Below, piece after piece: positions 63,603 through 64,000 of a stretch of 64,000 nt of DNA. The notes under the pieces were generated by a model. That model searched no databases and was not told where the DNA came from. It worked only from the letters and a program-made list of their open reading frames with translations. The stretch's first letter is position 1. The number at the start of each line of letters is the position of its first letter. The position numbers were made by a program, and so were the translations under genes. Source of the stretch: Crocinitomicaceae bacterium (GTDB lineage Bacteria; Bacteroidota; Bacteroidia; Flavobacteriales_D; Crocinitomicaceae); contig JBDNIA010000124.1 of the NCBI GenBank assembly GCA_041688525.1, positions 8,380 to 72,379 on the forward strand, written 5' to 3'.

Positions 63603-64000
63603 ATGGCTAGAAGAATAACATCAGGAATATCAGGAAGGTCTATATTAGGATCATTAACTGCATTAAATAACAGTTTGCGATCAGTTGTTTTAAATACAAA
63701 TGTTGTACTAGAACCTAACGGTACTGGAATAGTTGAATCTACAGCACATTTGCAAATTAACGACGGTAGCGCACTTAGACTTGCTGATGATGATTCTAGT
63801 GCATATGTTGCTTTTAAATCACCTGCAACATTAGGTGCTAGTTATACATTGACATTTCCAGCAAATGACGGCGACAATACTCAAATGCTTCAAACTAATG
63901 GTAGCGGTGTATTAACATGGGCTGCTCCATTTGTATCAATTACTGATCAAGTAGCTGATGGAACAGTATACTATCCTACAATAATTACAGGTACTAGTGG
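63603..64000 (+). CDS. Fibre-like protein, N-terminal 132+ aa (ORF continues past the right edge)
   Basis: Not in the ORF track. ATG 63603 is preceded by AAGGAA. Hand translation MARRITSGISGRSILGSLTALNNSLRSVVLNTNVVLEPNGTGIVESTAHLQINDGSALRLADDDSSAYVAFKSP...TNGSGVLTWAAP is open to position 64000. The LEPNGTG unit matches the fibre repeats upstream. Confidence 0.7.
   Translation, partial: MARRITSGISGRSILGSLTALNNSLRSVVLNTNVVLEPNGTGIVESTAHLQINDGSALRLADDDSSAYVAFKSPATLGASYTLTFPANDGDNTQMLQTNGSGVLTWAAPFVSITDQVADGTVYYPTIITGTS

Noticed and set aside
1-64000. Search for tRNA/tmRNA T-arm motifs (GGTTCGA-type), CRISPR-like direct repeats, integrase or transposase genes, reverse transcriptase, toxin-antitoxin pairs or other defence and anti-defence cassettes.
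   Set aside because: None were seen by eye. The only mobile elements supported are the intein and the GIY-YIG ORF. A by-eye scan of 64 kb cannot exclude small RNAs.

Overview
This window is an AT-rich, gene-dense piece of a large tailed-phage genome. It belongs to a myovirus of the extended T4 superfamily, only distantly related to T4 itself. All family calls come from motifs read by eye against remembered sequences, not from a search.

Layout:
- Minus-strand block 1-22033 is a baseplate module. In transcription order it holds a gp48/54-like protein, a gp53-like protein, a 915-aa hub-region protein, a gp5-like spike, gp25, gp6, a 2852-aa giant protein, an FG-GAP protein, and another fibre-like ORF that runs off the left edge.
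- Plus strand 22114-26429 carries early/middle genes behind two consensus sigma70-type promoters: the gp55 late sigma factor, the gp47/gp46 Mre11/Rad50-type nuclease, a small ORF and a GIY-YIG homing-endonuclease-like ORF.
- About 600 nt with no convincing ORF follows, then a membrane protein.
- A gp26-like hub gene (minus) lies divergent from a tape-measure-like gene.
- The head module follows: portal with an HNH intein, an 82-aa ORF, a DUF115/Maf-like enzyme, a very acidic protein, gp21 protease, coiled-coil scaffold, and gp23 major capsid protein with a strong terminator.
- About 25 kb of fibre genes follow. There are two tandem paralogue pairs (1103/1176 aa and 2014/2556 aa), punctuated by three members of a 109-110-aa paralogue family.

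I saw no tRNA, rRNA, CRISPR array, integrase or recognisable defence system.

Most notable observations:
1. A canonical -1 slippery heptamer plus an ATG-less -1 ORF sits at the end of the gp26-like gene, next to the tape-measure gene.
2. The giant baseplate gene is split by what looks like a 1-nt deletion inside a repeat.
3. The portal gene carries an intein.
4. A small-protein paralogue family is tied to the fibre cassettes.
5. A Maf/DUF115-like putative glycosyltransferase sits inside the head module.
6. An ATAAATAC late-promoter-like motif recurs before late genes.
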